This document shows, in pieces, positions 37,948 through 46,069 of a stretch of DNA of 64,000 nt; the stretch's first letter is position 1; the number at the start of each line of letters is the position of its first letter. Origin of the DNA: Phycicoccus sp. (lineage in GTDB: Bacteria > Actinomycetota > Actinomycetes > Actinomycetales > Dermatophilaceae). Made by a program: the position numbers and the translations under genes. The notes under the pieces were generated by a model. It was not told the DNA's origin. It ran no database searches and saw nothing but the letters and a program-made list of their open reading frames with translations. Location: assembly GCA_017993715.1 (NCBI GenBank), contig JAGOME010000002.1, forward strand, positions 41,429 to 105,428, read 5' to 3'.

Positions 37948-38618
37948 CCGAGGTGCCCACACCGCCTGACCTACGCGTGGTGATCGCCGAGGACTCCGTG
38001 CTCTTGCGCGAGGGTCTGGTCCGCCTGCTCGGCGACGCTGGCTTCGAGGTCGTCGCGGCGTGCGGCGACGCCGACGGGCTCCTGGCCGTTGTCGCGGCCG
38101 AGCGTCCGGACCTCGCCGTGATCGACGTCCGGATGCCGCCCACTTTCACCGCCGAGGGGATTCGGGCGGCGTTGGCGATCCGCAGTGCCTACCCCGAGAC
38201 GGCCGTCCTCGTGCTGAGCCAGTATGTCGAGCAGGAGTACGCCACCCAGCTCATCGCCAGCCGCCCCCGGGGCGTGGGCTATCTGCTCAAGGACCGGGTC
38301 GCCGACCCGATCGAGTTCATCGAGGGGCTGCGCACTCTCGCCGACGGAGGCACAGTCCTGGATCCCGAGGTGGTCCTCCAACTGCTTACCAGGGCCCACC
38401 ACACCTCGCCGCTTCAGCGCCTCACTCCGCGTGAGCGCGATGTGCTCGAACTGATGGCCGCCGGGCGGACTAACGCGGCGATCGCCGAGGGGCTGGTGGT
38501 CACCGAAGGCGCCGTCGAGAAGCACGTGTCTTCGATCTTTGCCAAGCTCGATCTACCGCGCGACGAGGCGGACCACCGGCGCGTGCTTGCGGTGCTCAGA
38601 TGGCTGGAGGGGGCATGA
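37944..38618 (+). CDS. response regulator, NarL/LuxR family
   Basis: Receiver (VVIAEDSVLLREG...DLAVIDVRMPP) plus LuxR HTH (LTPRERDVLELMAAGRTNAAIAEGLVVTEGAVEKHV). ATGA overlap with the kinase gene. Confidence 0.93.
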   Translation: MTEVPTPPDLRVVIAEDSVLLREGLVRLLGDAGFEVVAACGDADGLLAVVAAERPDLAVIDVRMPPTFTAEGIRAALAIRSAYPETAVLVLSQYVEQEYATQLIASRPRGVGYLLKDRVADPIEFIEGLRTLADGGTVLDPEVVLQLLTRAHHTSPLQRLTPRERDVLELMAAGRTNAAIAEGLVVTEGAVEKHVSSIFAKLDLPRDEADHRRVLAVLRWLEGA

Positions 38619-38809
38619 GCGAGCGCGACGCCGAAGCCCGGACCCGGCGCACCTGGCGGATCGCCGGCAGCGTGATCACTGCACTGGCGCTGGCGAGTGC
38701 GGCCTTGGGTGTGGGCTTCGGCGTCGTCTCCGCGGATCCGTCCTCGGACCTGCCGGGTCTGTTGCTTCCCGATCGCGCCTACTTCACCTCGCTGCGCATC
38801 ACCCGGTAG
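38615..38809 (+). CDS. possible small single-TM protein (64 aa) translationally coupled to the response regulator
   Basis: ATGA overlap with the regulator stop and high GC3. MSERDAEARTRRTWRIAGSVITALALASAALGVGFGVV... The 3' end overlaps the convergent permease gene by 31 nt. Confidence 0.35.
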   Translation: MSERDAEARTRRTWRIAGSVITALALASAALGVGFGVVSADPSSDLPGLLLPDRAYFTSLRITR

Positions 38810-39597
38810 ATGCCGATGGACAGGGGGAGCAGGACCCAGATCCCGCTGGTGCTGGCCAGGTGCGCCCAGTCATCGCCGGTCGGGGAGCCCGCGACGATCG
38901 GGCCCACGGCGGCGGTGAAGTCGGTCCACGGGGCCACGTCAATCAGGGCCGGAATGCTGGTGGCCATGATTGTCCAGATCGTCGGAGCCACGATGGCGGC
39001 GATAATCGCAGCAGGCGTGTTGAGGAAGGCGAAACCCATCGCGCTGCCCTGAATGACGAACAGCACCATAATGGCGGCGACCCCCACGAGCGAGATCCCG
39101 GCCAGGTTCCACACCATGTCGTTGCCGAGGACGCCCCACAACAGGGTGAGCGCGGCTGCCGCGGCCATGGTGGCTGCGACCACGATCAGACCCAGGAGTA
39201 CAGCTGCCAGGAGTTTGGCGGTCAGCACCCGACCCCGGCGCGGCTCCAAGGTGAAGGTGGTCAGCCCCGTGCGTTGGCTCCACTCGGCGGTGGCGGCCAT
39301 GACGCCGAGCACCGGCAGGATGATGAACAAGGGCAGGGTCGAGATGCCGAGCAGCGACACGAAGGTTTGATCCTGCGGCGAGCCCCAGATCATCAAGGCG
39401 CCCATCGCGGCCGCCCCGATCAGGCTCATGATGATCAGGAGCCAGAGACCCGCCCGGGTGTCCACGGTCTTGCGGAGCTCGACCCGCACCAGCCGGTGGA
39501 AGGGCACGGGTGCGATGTGCTGCTCGTGCCGACCCCGTCGGGTGGTCGGGTGGTCGGCGCGTGAGGTGGTGTCGGGGGTCATGATCGTGGCGGTCAT
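38779..39597 (-). CDS. ABC-2 type transporter permease
   Basis: 272 aa with six hydrophobic segments. 4-nt overlap with the upstream ATPase gene. Confidence 0.8.
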   Translation of the reverse strand: MTATIMTPDTTSRADHPTTRRGRHEQHIAPVPFHRLVRVELRKTVDTRAGLWLLIIMSLIGAAAMGALMIWGSPQDQTFVSLLGISTLPLFIILPVLGVMAATAEWSQRTGLTTFTLEPRRGRVLTAKLLAAVLLGLIVVAATMAAAAALTLLWGVLGNDMVWNLAGISLVGVAAIMVLFVIQGSAMGFAFLNTPAAIIAAIVAPTIWTIMATSIPALIDVAPWTDFTAAVGPIVAGSPTGDDWAHLASTSGIWVLLPLSIGIYRVMRSEVK

Positions 39598-40490
39598 GCC
39601 GCGCTCTCCTGTCGGTCGGTGCCTGAGGTCAGGCGCAGGTAGGTCTCCTCCAGGCCGGAGGCGTCGCCGGCCCGCAGGCCGGTCAGGACGACGCCCGCGC
39701 GCAGCGCGACCTGGCCGATGGTGGTGGTGTCGGCCGCGACGAGGAGGCCAGCTGAGGTGCTGGCCACCTCGTGGCCGGCCTCGCTCAGTGCGGCGGCCAG
39801 GGTGGGGTTGTCGAGAGAGGTGACGGTGGCGCGACCCTGGGCGAGCATCGACGCGGTCGAGCCCTGGGCGACGATGCGGCCCTGGCCGATCATGACGATC
39901 TCATCGGCAATGATCTGCACCTCGTGCAAGAGGTGCGAGGACAACAGGACTGTGCCGCCCTCGTCGGCGAAACCGCGCAACAGGCCACGCATCCAGTGGA
40001 TGCCCTGGGGGTCAAGGCCGTTGGCCGGCTCGTCGAGGACCAGCACCTCAGGGTCGCCCAGGAGGGCCACCGCGAGTCCGAGCCGCTGACGCATCCCCAA
40101 GGAGTAGGCCCGGACCCGACGGCCCGCCTCGTCCGAGGTGAGTCCCACGGTGTCGAGCACCTCGTCGACGCGACCACGGGGGAGGCCCATGTGGATCGCG
40201 GCGACTCGCAGGACCTCGCGGCCGGTGCGTCCTGGATGCTGCGCCGAGGCGTCGAGCATGACCCCGACCCGGCGGCCGGGATTCGGCAGCGAGCGATAGG
40301 GGACGCCGAGGACATCGGCAACGCCCGCGGTGGGCGGCGTCAGGCCGGTGAGCATCCGCAGCGTCGTCGACTTGCCGGCGCCGTTGGGACCGAGGAAGCC
40401 GACAACGTGTCCCGGACGCACGTCGAACGAGATGTCATCGACGGCGGTGAAGCCGCCGTATCGCTTGGTGAGGTTCTCGATGTGGATCAT
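39594..40490 (-). CDS. ABC transporter ATP-binding protein
   Basis: Walker A GPNGAGKSTTLRM, signature YSLGMRQRL, Walker B VLVLDEPANGLD. Confidence 0.95.
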   Translation of the reverse strand: MIHIENLTKRYGGFTAVDDISFDVRPGHVVGFLGPNGAGKSTTLRMLTGLTPPTAGVADVLGVPYRSLPNPGRRVGVMLDASAQHPGRTGREVLRVAAIHMGLPRGRVDEVLDTVGLTSDEAGRRVRAYSLGMRQRLGLAVALLGDPEVLVLDEPANGLDPQGIHWMRGLLRGFADEGGTVLLSSHLLHEVQIIADEIVMIGQGRIVAQGSTASMLAQGRATVTSLDNPTLAAALSEAGHEVASTSAGLLVAADTTTIGQVALRAGVVLTGLRAGDASGLEETYLRLTSGTDRQESAA

Positions 40491-40603
40491 GTGCCTCAGC
40501 CTGCCCTCGCATCACCGCCTCGCGGATCAACCCACGGTCCCTTTCGGGTGCGACCAGTGGTTGACCCTCGCTGACGGGCCTCAATCTTTGGGATGACCCC
40601 GTG

Positions 40604-40615
40604 GCCCACGTGGGC
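40604..40615. promoter_or_regulatory. perfect 12-bp palindrome GCCCACGTGGGC in the divergent ABC/kinase promoter region (candidate operator)
   Basis: Read directly, 17 nt upstream of the kinase ATG (40632). Confidence 0.3.
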
Positions 40616-40631
40616 TGCCTAGCCTTGGGTC

Positions 40632-41852
40632 ATGCCGCCCGACCCGCTCGCAGCCGCGATCAACCGCACCGGTTGGTCCGAGGCGTGGCGTCTGGCCTTG
40701 GCCGGGGTGCTCGGGCTCCTGGGCTGGGCCATGTCGGCCCCAAGCGGATCCACGGCAATCACCGGCGCCGTGGGTATCACGCTGGATGCGGGTCTCGGCG
40801 CGCTAGCGCTGGCCATCGTGCACTGGCGCCGGAGCCATCCCATGCTTGTGGTCGTCATCACCTCCGTGCTCGCGGGGGTGTCGGCCGCGGCCACCGGGCC
40901 TGCCGCGCTCGCCCTGTTCTCCGTGGCGGCGCGCCGCCGGATCATCCCCATCGTGGTGGCCGTCTTGGTGAACTTCGCCTCCGCCTTGGCCGCGGAGTTC
41001 GTGCTGTTCGGTGCCGCCAGCCGCAGTTGGTGGGGCACGGCCCTCTTCGCCGCCTTTATCGTGCTCATCACCACCGCGATCGGATATGCGGTGGGCTCCC
41101 GCCGTGAAGTGGACGCGTCCCGGGCCGCCGTCGTGCAGTCCCTGCGGGAGCGGGCCGAAACGGCCGAGCGCGAGCAGGTGACCAGGGTCGCCGCGGCCAA
41201 GGCGACCGAACGCACACGGATTGCCCGCGAGATGCATGACGTTCTCGCGCATCGCATCTCCCTGGTGGCCATGCATGCCAGCGCCCTGACCTACCGCACA
41301 GACCTCACCCCCGAGGAACAGCAGACCGCCGCGCGCACCATCGAGGCCAATGCTCAGCAGGCACTCAAGGACTTGCGGGGCGTACTCGGCGTCCTGCGGT
41401 CCACCGACAGTGACCAGTGGGCGTCCCTGACGGGCCAGGTCGAGGCCCCGCAACCGGTGCTGGCCGACGTGGACACCCTGGTGGCCGAGGCGCGCGAGGC
41501 CGGCGAACGGATCGTCGTCCACAGTGAGATCGAGGGTGAGCCGTCTGCGACCACCGGGCGCACGGCATACCGGATCATTCAGGAGGGACTGACCAATGCC
41601 CGCAAGCATGCGACCGGCGCGGCGGTCACCGTGACGCTCACCGGAGCACCGGGCGACGGCCTGTGCGTGGAGGTCCTCACCCCCCGCAGCCGCGCGGCAG
41701 CCAACGGGCTGCCCGGTGCCGGCCTCGGCCTCGTGGGACTGCGGGAGCGGGTCGCGCTGGCCGGGGGCCGGTTGACCGCCGGGCCGACGCCCAGCGGCGG
41801 CTTCCGACTCGCCGCGGAGCTACCGTGGGGCGACGAGAGCGAGGGCCGATGA
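40632..41852 (+). CDS. sensor histidine kinase (HisKA_3, intramembrane-sensing type)
   Basis: About 5-6 TM helices with no large extracytoplasmic loop. H-box RIAREMHDVLAHRISLV and HATPase (GAGLGLVGLRER). Confidence 0.9.
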   Translation: MPPDPLAAAINRTGWSEAWRLALAGVLGLLGWAMSAPSGSTAITGAVGITLDAGLGALALAIVHWRRSHPMLVVVITSVLAGVSAAATGPAALALFSVAARRRIIPIVVAVLVNFASALAAEFVLFGAASRSWWGTALFAAFIVLITTAIGYAVGSRREVDASRAAVVQSLRERAETAEREQVTRVAAAKATERTRIAREMHDVLAHRISLVAMHASALTYRTDLTPEEQQTAARTIEANAQQALKDLRGVLGVLRSTDSDQWASLTGQVEAPQPVLADVDTLVAEAREAGERIVVHSEIEGEPSATTGRTAYRIIQEGLTNARKHATGAAVTVTLTGAPGDGLCVEVLTPRSRAAANGLPGAGLGLVGLRERVALAGGRLTAGPTPSGGFRLAAELPWGDESEGR

Positions 41853-42523
41853 CGGAGTCCACGATCAGGGTGGTGCTGGTCGACGATGACGCCATGGTGC
41901 GCTCGGCCCTGCGCATGTTCCTCGGCGGTGACCAGGGCATCGCCATCGTCGGTGAGGCAGGGGACGGCGCTCACGCTCTGGCGGTCGTGCGCGAGCACCG
42001 ACCGGACGTGGTCCTCATGGATATCCGCATGCCGCTCGTGGACGGCTTGGCCGCGACAGAGGCCATCATGGGCTGGCCGCAGCCGCCGCGGATCATCGTG
42101 TTGACGACCTTCGATACCGATGAGGACGTCTTGCACGCCCTGCGGTCCGGGGCGGCTGGCTTCCTGCTCAAGGACACCCCGCCCGGCCAGCTGGTCCAAG
42201 CGATCCGCACGGTCGCGCGCGGCGAGCCGATGCTGTCCCCGAGTGTGACCGCCCAGCTCATCGCGGCCGTGTCGGCCTCGCCTGTGGGTGTGGGATCACC
42301 GGTGGCAGACAAGGCCCGGGCCGCGCTGGAACAACTGAGCGACCGCGAACTCGAGGTGGCCCAAGCGGTGGCCCGTGGCCTGTCGAACGCCGAGATCTCT
42401 GGAGAGCTCTACTTGTCAGTGGCCACGGTCAAGACGCACATCGGCCGGATCCTGAGCAAGCTAGGTCTGGACAATCGGGTCCAGATCGCGCTGGCCGTCC
42501 GGGACGCGGATCTTCCCTCGTAG
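41849..42523 (+). CDS. response regulator, NarL/LuxR family
   Basis: IRVVLVDDDAMVR...DVVLMDIRMP plus LuxR HTH (LSDRELEVAQAVARGLSNAEISGELYLSVATVKTHI). ATGA overlap with the kinase gene. Confidence 0.93.
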   Translation: MTESTIRVVLVDDDAMVRSALRMFLGGDQGIAIVGEAGDGAHALAVVREHRPDVVLMDIRMPLVDGLAATEAIMGWPQPPRIIVLTTFDTDEDVLHALRSGAAGFLLKDTPPGQLVQAIRTVARGEPMLSPSVTAQLIAAVSASPVGVGSPVADKARAALEQLSDRELEVAQAVARGLSNAEISGELYLSVATVKTHIGRILSKLGLDNRVQIALAVRDADLPS

Positions 42524-42638
42524 GACCCAGGGGTCTGGACGATTCTCTCCCGAAATTGATGGTGCCGTTACCCATTTATGACGGTTACGTGACTCTGCAC
42601 TAGGGTCACCCGCGATCCGATCAATCGCAAGGGTGCCC

Positions 42639-43148
42639 ATGAGTATTGACGTTCGTCACGCCGTCGGACGGCGGAGTCTGATGCAGGGGAGTGCCTGGCT
42701 CGTCCCGTCCATCGCCGTTTCCGCGACGGCCCCGATGGCTGCTGCCAGCCCCGTCAAGACGTGCCCCGTTTCGCCGCCCGTGCTGGGATACGGGGAGTTA
42801 GTCGTGCCGAGTGGCCCATGTGTGGGGGCACCGTTGACGGGCGCCTTCACCTTCACGATCATGAGTACCCAGTCCACCTACACCGTCGTGGTCCTGCGCG
42901 TGGAGACGCAGAGCTACGTCGCGTCGGGCTGGACGGCCTGGACCTCGGTCACGAGCGCCACGTGGACGCCCACCGCACCCACGGTCGTGGCTCCGGGGGC
43001 CAACATCGCGGGGACCGGGAGCGTGCCGTCCTTCTCCCAACCACTAGCCCACCATTTCCGGGTCTTCTATTCGCTGCTCAGCGACGGTTTCCCAGAAGGC
43101 GGCTGCGAGTACCACCTCAACCTGGCAATCAACCCCCCCTGCCCCTGA
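42639..43148 (+). CDS. secreted protein of unknown function with Tat-type signal peptide
   Basis: MSIDVRHAVGRRSLMQGSAWLVPSIAVSATAPMAAA|SP. The Thr/Ser/Val-rich mature part has 4 Cys. GTG at 42633 is an alternative start. No family recognised. Confidence 0.6.
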   Translation: MSIDVRHAVGRRSLMQGSAWLVPSIAVSATAPMAAASPVKTCPVSPPVLGYGELVVPSGPCVGAPLTGAFTFTIMSTQSTYTVVVLRVETQSYVASGWTAWTSVTSATWTPTAPTVVAPGANIAGTGSVPSFSQPLAHHFRVFYSLLSDGFPEGGCEYHLNLAINPPCP

Positions 43149-43191
43149 GGCCCTCGGCGCTGAGCACTGCGGTGCTGCGGTGTGCCCGCGC

Positions 43192-44262
43192 TCAGGTCAC
43201 TGACACGCCCCGGCGCAGGTGCAGCGGGGGCACGATCCAGCCCTGGGAGCCTGCCCAGGTCCCATACGCGGCCGCCGCGTGCTCGTCCGGGAAGAGGGCG
43301 GTCAGGGAGCCGCCTCGGCCGCCGGCACCATTGACCTTCCACCCGGTGGCTCCCCGCAGGCGGGCGCCCTCGATGGCGGCCTGATGATGCCGGCCGACCA
43401 GATCGGCGTGCATCAGCCGCTGCGTGTCGGTGCTGGCGCGCAGCACCCGTGCCCAGTCATCGAGGTCACCGCTCACCAGAGCTGCGGCAGCCTCGACCGC
43501 AAGATCAGCGAGGTGGCGCAAACAGCCCAGCGCCCTGGGGTCTGGCGAGCCATCTCGCACGATTGAGCGGATCACCTCGCGATGCACCGCGCTGGAGTCG
43601 TGCGGACCGAAGACGACGGTGCGAAGCCTGGTGTCTAGGGCGTGGATCGTGCGTGCAGACAACGCAATTGGCTTGGCGTGACCGCGTGGATACGGATCGA
43701 TCGTGAGCAGGCTCGCGCCCCCGGTGGCGGCCGCCCATTGATCCTGAATGCCGGCCTCGCGGCCGACCCGCTGGACCTCCACCTCGTGCGCCTCCGCGGC
43801 GATGCGTGCCGGGTCGACGATCTGCCCGGTCAGCGTGCGTAGGGCGGCGATGAGGGCGACGACGACACTGGCGGACGTGCCGAGCGAGGCGCCTGGCGGG
43901 ACGGCTGAACGGATCTCGACGGCAATCCCGGCTGTCGGCGGCTCGCACAGGTCGCCCAGCACGCTGGCGACTGCGTGCTCCAGGAGTGGATGACTGCCGC
44001 TATCCGGCACGCACCAGCCCCGCGGCGGATCGGCGCGGATCTCCAGTCGAGCCCCCACGTCGGGCGCCCCGAGGAAGACGGACCCTGGCGGGCGGTCCCG
44101 GCTCCATCGGGCGTGGACCGTGATCCCCGGGCCGACGGCGAGATGGCAGACCTGGCCTGGGCCACCGAACCAGGTGTCGGTCCAGCCGCCGACATCGGCA
44201 ACCCGGACGGGGGACGTGGCGATGACGGCATTCGGCGGCAGGGGGGCCGGCGAGGACGTCAC
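43192..44262 (-). CDS. GHMP-family kinase (sugar-kinase-like)
   Basis: VADVGGWTDTW, GHMP motif PPGASLGTSASVVVAL and EAGIQDQWAAATGG. GTG start at 44262 overlaps the PatB stop (GTGA). Confidence 0.7.
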   Translation of the reverse strand: MTSSPAPLPPNAVIATSPVRVADVGGWTDTWFGGPGQVCHLAVGPGITVHARWSRDRPPGSVFLGAPDVGARLEIRADPPRGWCVPDSGSHPLLEHAVASVLGDLCEPPTAGIAVEIRSAVPPGASLGTSASVVVALIAALRTLTGQIVDPARIAAEAHEVEVQRVGREAGIQDQWAAATGGASLLTIDPYPRGHAKPIALSARTIHALDTRLRTVVFGPHDSSAVHREVIRSIVRDGSPDPRALGCLRHLADLAVEAAAALVSGDLDDWARVLRASTDTQRLMHADLVGRHHQAAIEGARLRGATGWKVNGAGGRGGSLTALFPDEHAAAAYGTWAGSQGWIVPPLHLRRGVSVT

Positions 44263-45410
44263 CGCAGCGAGGCTGCCATCCGCGATACCGCCTCGGCGAT
44301 GATCTCCGGTGAGGTCGCGAAGTTGAACCGGGCGAACCCCCGACCGCAATGGGCGCCGTAGTTCGGGCCCGCCGACAGCGCGACCCGCCCGCGCTCGAGG
44401 AACACCGCGGCGGGGTTGTCGCCCAGCTCGAGGCCGCGACAGTCCAGCCAGGCCAGATAGGTGGCGTCCGGGACCGCCATGGCGACGTCGGGCAGCTCGC
44501 GGGCGAGCAGATCGGCCAACAATCGCCTGTTGGCATCGAGCTCGGTGATGACCTGCTCGAGCCAGGGCTGCCCCTGCGTGAAGGCGGCGATATGGGCGAT
44601 GGAGCCGATGTGCCCCACTCCATGGGTGTGCACCTCATGAATGCGGGCGAGATCCGGGAGGGAGCCCGGTCCCGCGACAGCCACCGCGGCCTTGAAGCCA
44701 GCCAAGTTCCACGCCTTGGAGGCGGACCACACGGCGAAGGCCAGCCCCTCATCGGCGACGGTCAGGTATGGCGTGAAGGGATCCCCTCCCGGGTACACCA
44801 GAGGGGCGTGAATCTCGTCGGAGATCACGGTGATGTGGTGCCCGGCTGCCAACTCAGCCAACGCGGTCAACTCGGTCCTGGTGTGTACCGTGCCGGTCGG
44901 GTTGTGCGGGTTACACAGCAGATAGGCCGCGCGACCGCCCCCCGCCGATGCCGCGGCGAACGCCGCCTCTAGGGCAGCCAGGTCCAGCCGGCCCGACGCG
45001 GTGAGCGGCACATCCAACCGGGGTCGCCCCGTGGTCGTGACGAACCCGTAGAACGAGTCGTAGACGGGCGGGGACACGATGACGGTGTCCCCGGGACCGG
45101 TGACGGTGCGCACAATGGCCTCGATGCCGATCATGACGTCGGCGAAGCCCATGGTCGATCTGTGGTCGAAGGACCAGCCCCAGTGCTGCGCGGCATACCC
45201 ACTGGCGGCCTGCGCGTACGGCACCCCGAAGTCGTAGCCGGTGTCCCCGCGTCGCACGGCAGCGGTGACGGCGTCGACCACGGCGGGACACGGAGCGGCA
45301 TCCATCTCCGCCACCCAGACCGGGAGAACGTCCGGCTCGAAAGCCACCCATTTCACGCTCGTCCGGTCACGGCGCAACTGGTCCTGCGAGGAGCCCAGAA
45401 TCGTGTCCAC
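44259..45410 (-). CDS. PatB/MalY-family PLP-dependent C-S lyase (aminotransferase class I/II fold)
   Basis: 383 aa with SVKWVAFEPDVLPVWVAEMD and PLP-lysine region WSASKAWNLAGFK. Confidence 0.8.
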   Translation of the reverse strand: MDTILGSSQDQLRRDRTSVKWVAFEPDVLPVWVAEMDAAPCPAVVDAVTAAVRRGDTGYDFGVPYAQAASGYAAQHWGWSFDHRSTMGFADVMIGIEAIVRTVTGPGDTVIVSPPVYDSFYGFVTTTGRPRLDVPLTASGRLDLAALEAAFAAASAGGGRAAYLLCNPHNPTGTVHTRTELTALAELAAGHHITVISDEIHAPLVYPGGDPFTPYLTVADEGLAFAVWSASKAWNLAGFKAAVAVAGPGSLPDLARIHEVHTHGVGHIGSIAHIAAFTQGQPWLEQVITELDANRRLLADLLARELPDVAMAVPDATYLAWLDCRGLELGDNPAAVFLERGRVALSAGPNYGAHCGRGFARFNFATSPEIIAEAVSRMAASLR

Positions 45411-45475
45411 GGCAGGACCCTAATCGGCCGCGCCCCCGTCGGGCGCGGGGGTGCACTCGCATTAAGGTTGCGGCC

Positions 45476-46069
45476 ATGGCTGGGTCGGGGCAATCCACGG
45501 TGAGCAATCAGGTGTTCACGCTGCCCAACGCACTGTCGGCGCTGCGGCTCATCGGGGTGCCCGTCTTCCTCTGGGCCATCCTGACCCGGCGCGACGGCCT
45601 AGCCCTGATCCTGCTCACAGCGTCAGGGATCACCGACTACCTTGACGGCAAGATCGCCCGCCACTACGGCCTCGAATCCCGGATAGGCCAGCTGCTCGAC
45701 CCGGTCGCCGACCGCCTGTACATCGTCTCGACGCTCCTCGGTCTCGCGTGGCGCGACATCATTCCATGGTGGCTCGTCGCCGTGCTCTTCGCCCGGGAGA
45801 TCTTCATGGGCGTGGTCGTGATCGTCGCCCAACGCCACGGTTGGACTGGGCTGCCTGTGCACTTCGTGGGCAAGGCCGCCACCTTTAACCTGCTCTATGC
45901 GTTCCCGCTGTTGTTGCTCGCGGACGGGACAGGCACCTTCGCTCAGGTGGCCAGCCCGATCGGCTGGGCCTTCGCGTGGTGGGGCACCATCCTGTATTGG
46001 GTGGCCGGCATTCTGTATGCCGTCCAATTACGCTCGCTGATCTCCCGCCAGCGTGAGCGCGTCGCGTGA
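45476..46069 (+). CDS. CDP-alcohol phosphatidyltransferase family protein (PgsA-like)
   Basis: D-x2-DG-x2-AR...G-x3-D-x3-D motif (ITDYLDGKIARHYGLESRIGQLLDPVADR). Confidence 0.88.
   Translation: MAGSGQSTVSNQVFTLPNALSALRLIGVPVFLWAILTRRDGLALILLTASGITDYLDGKIARHYGLESRIGQLLDPVADRLYIVSTLLGLAWRDIIPWWLVAVLFAREIFMGVVVIVAQRHGWTGLPVHFVGKAATFNLLYAFPLLLLADGTGTFAQVASPIGWAFAWWGTILYWVAGILYAVQLRSLISRQRERVA

Noticed and set aside
36514-37962. Upstream 483 codons of the 1217-aa minus-strand ORF 34309-37962
   Set aside because: The MMPL protein starts convincingly at MDTTTSS (36513). The extension is antisense to the histidine-kinase gene and crosses the divergent promoter region.
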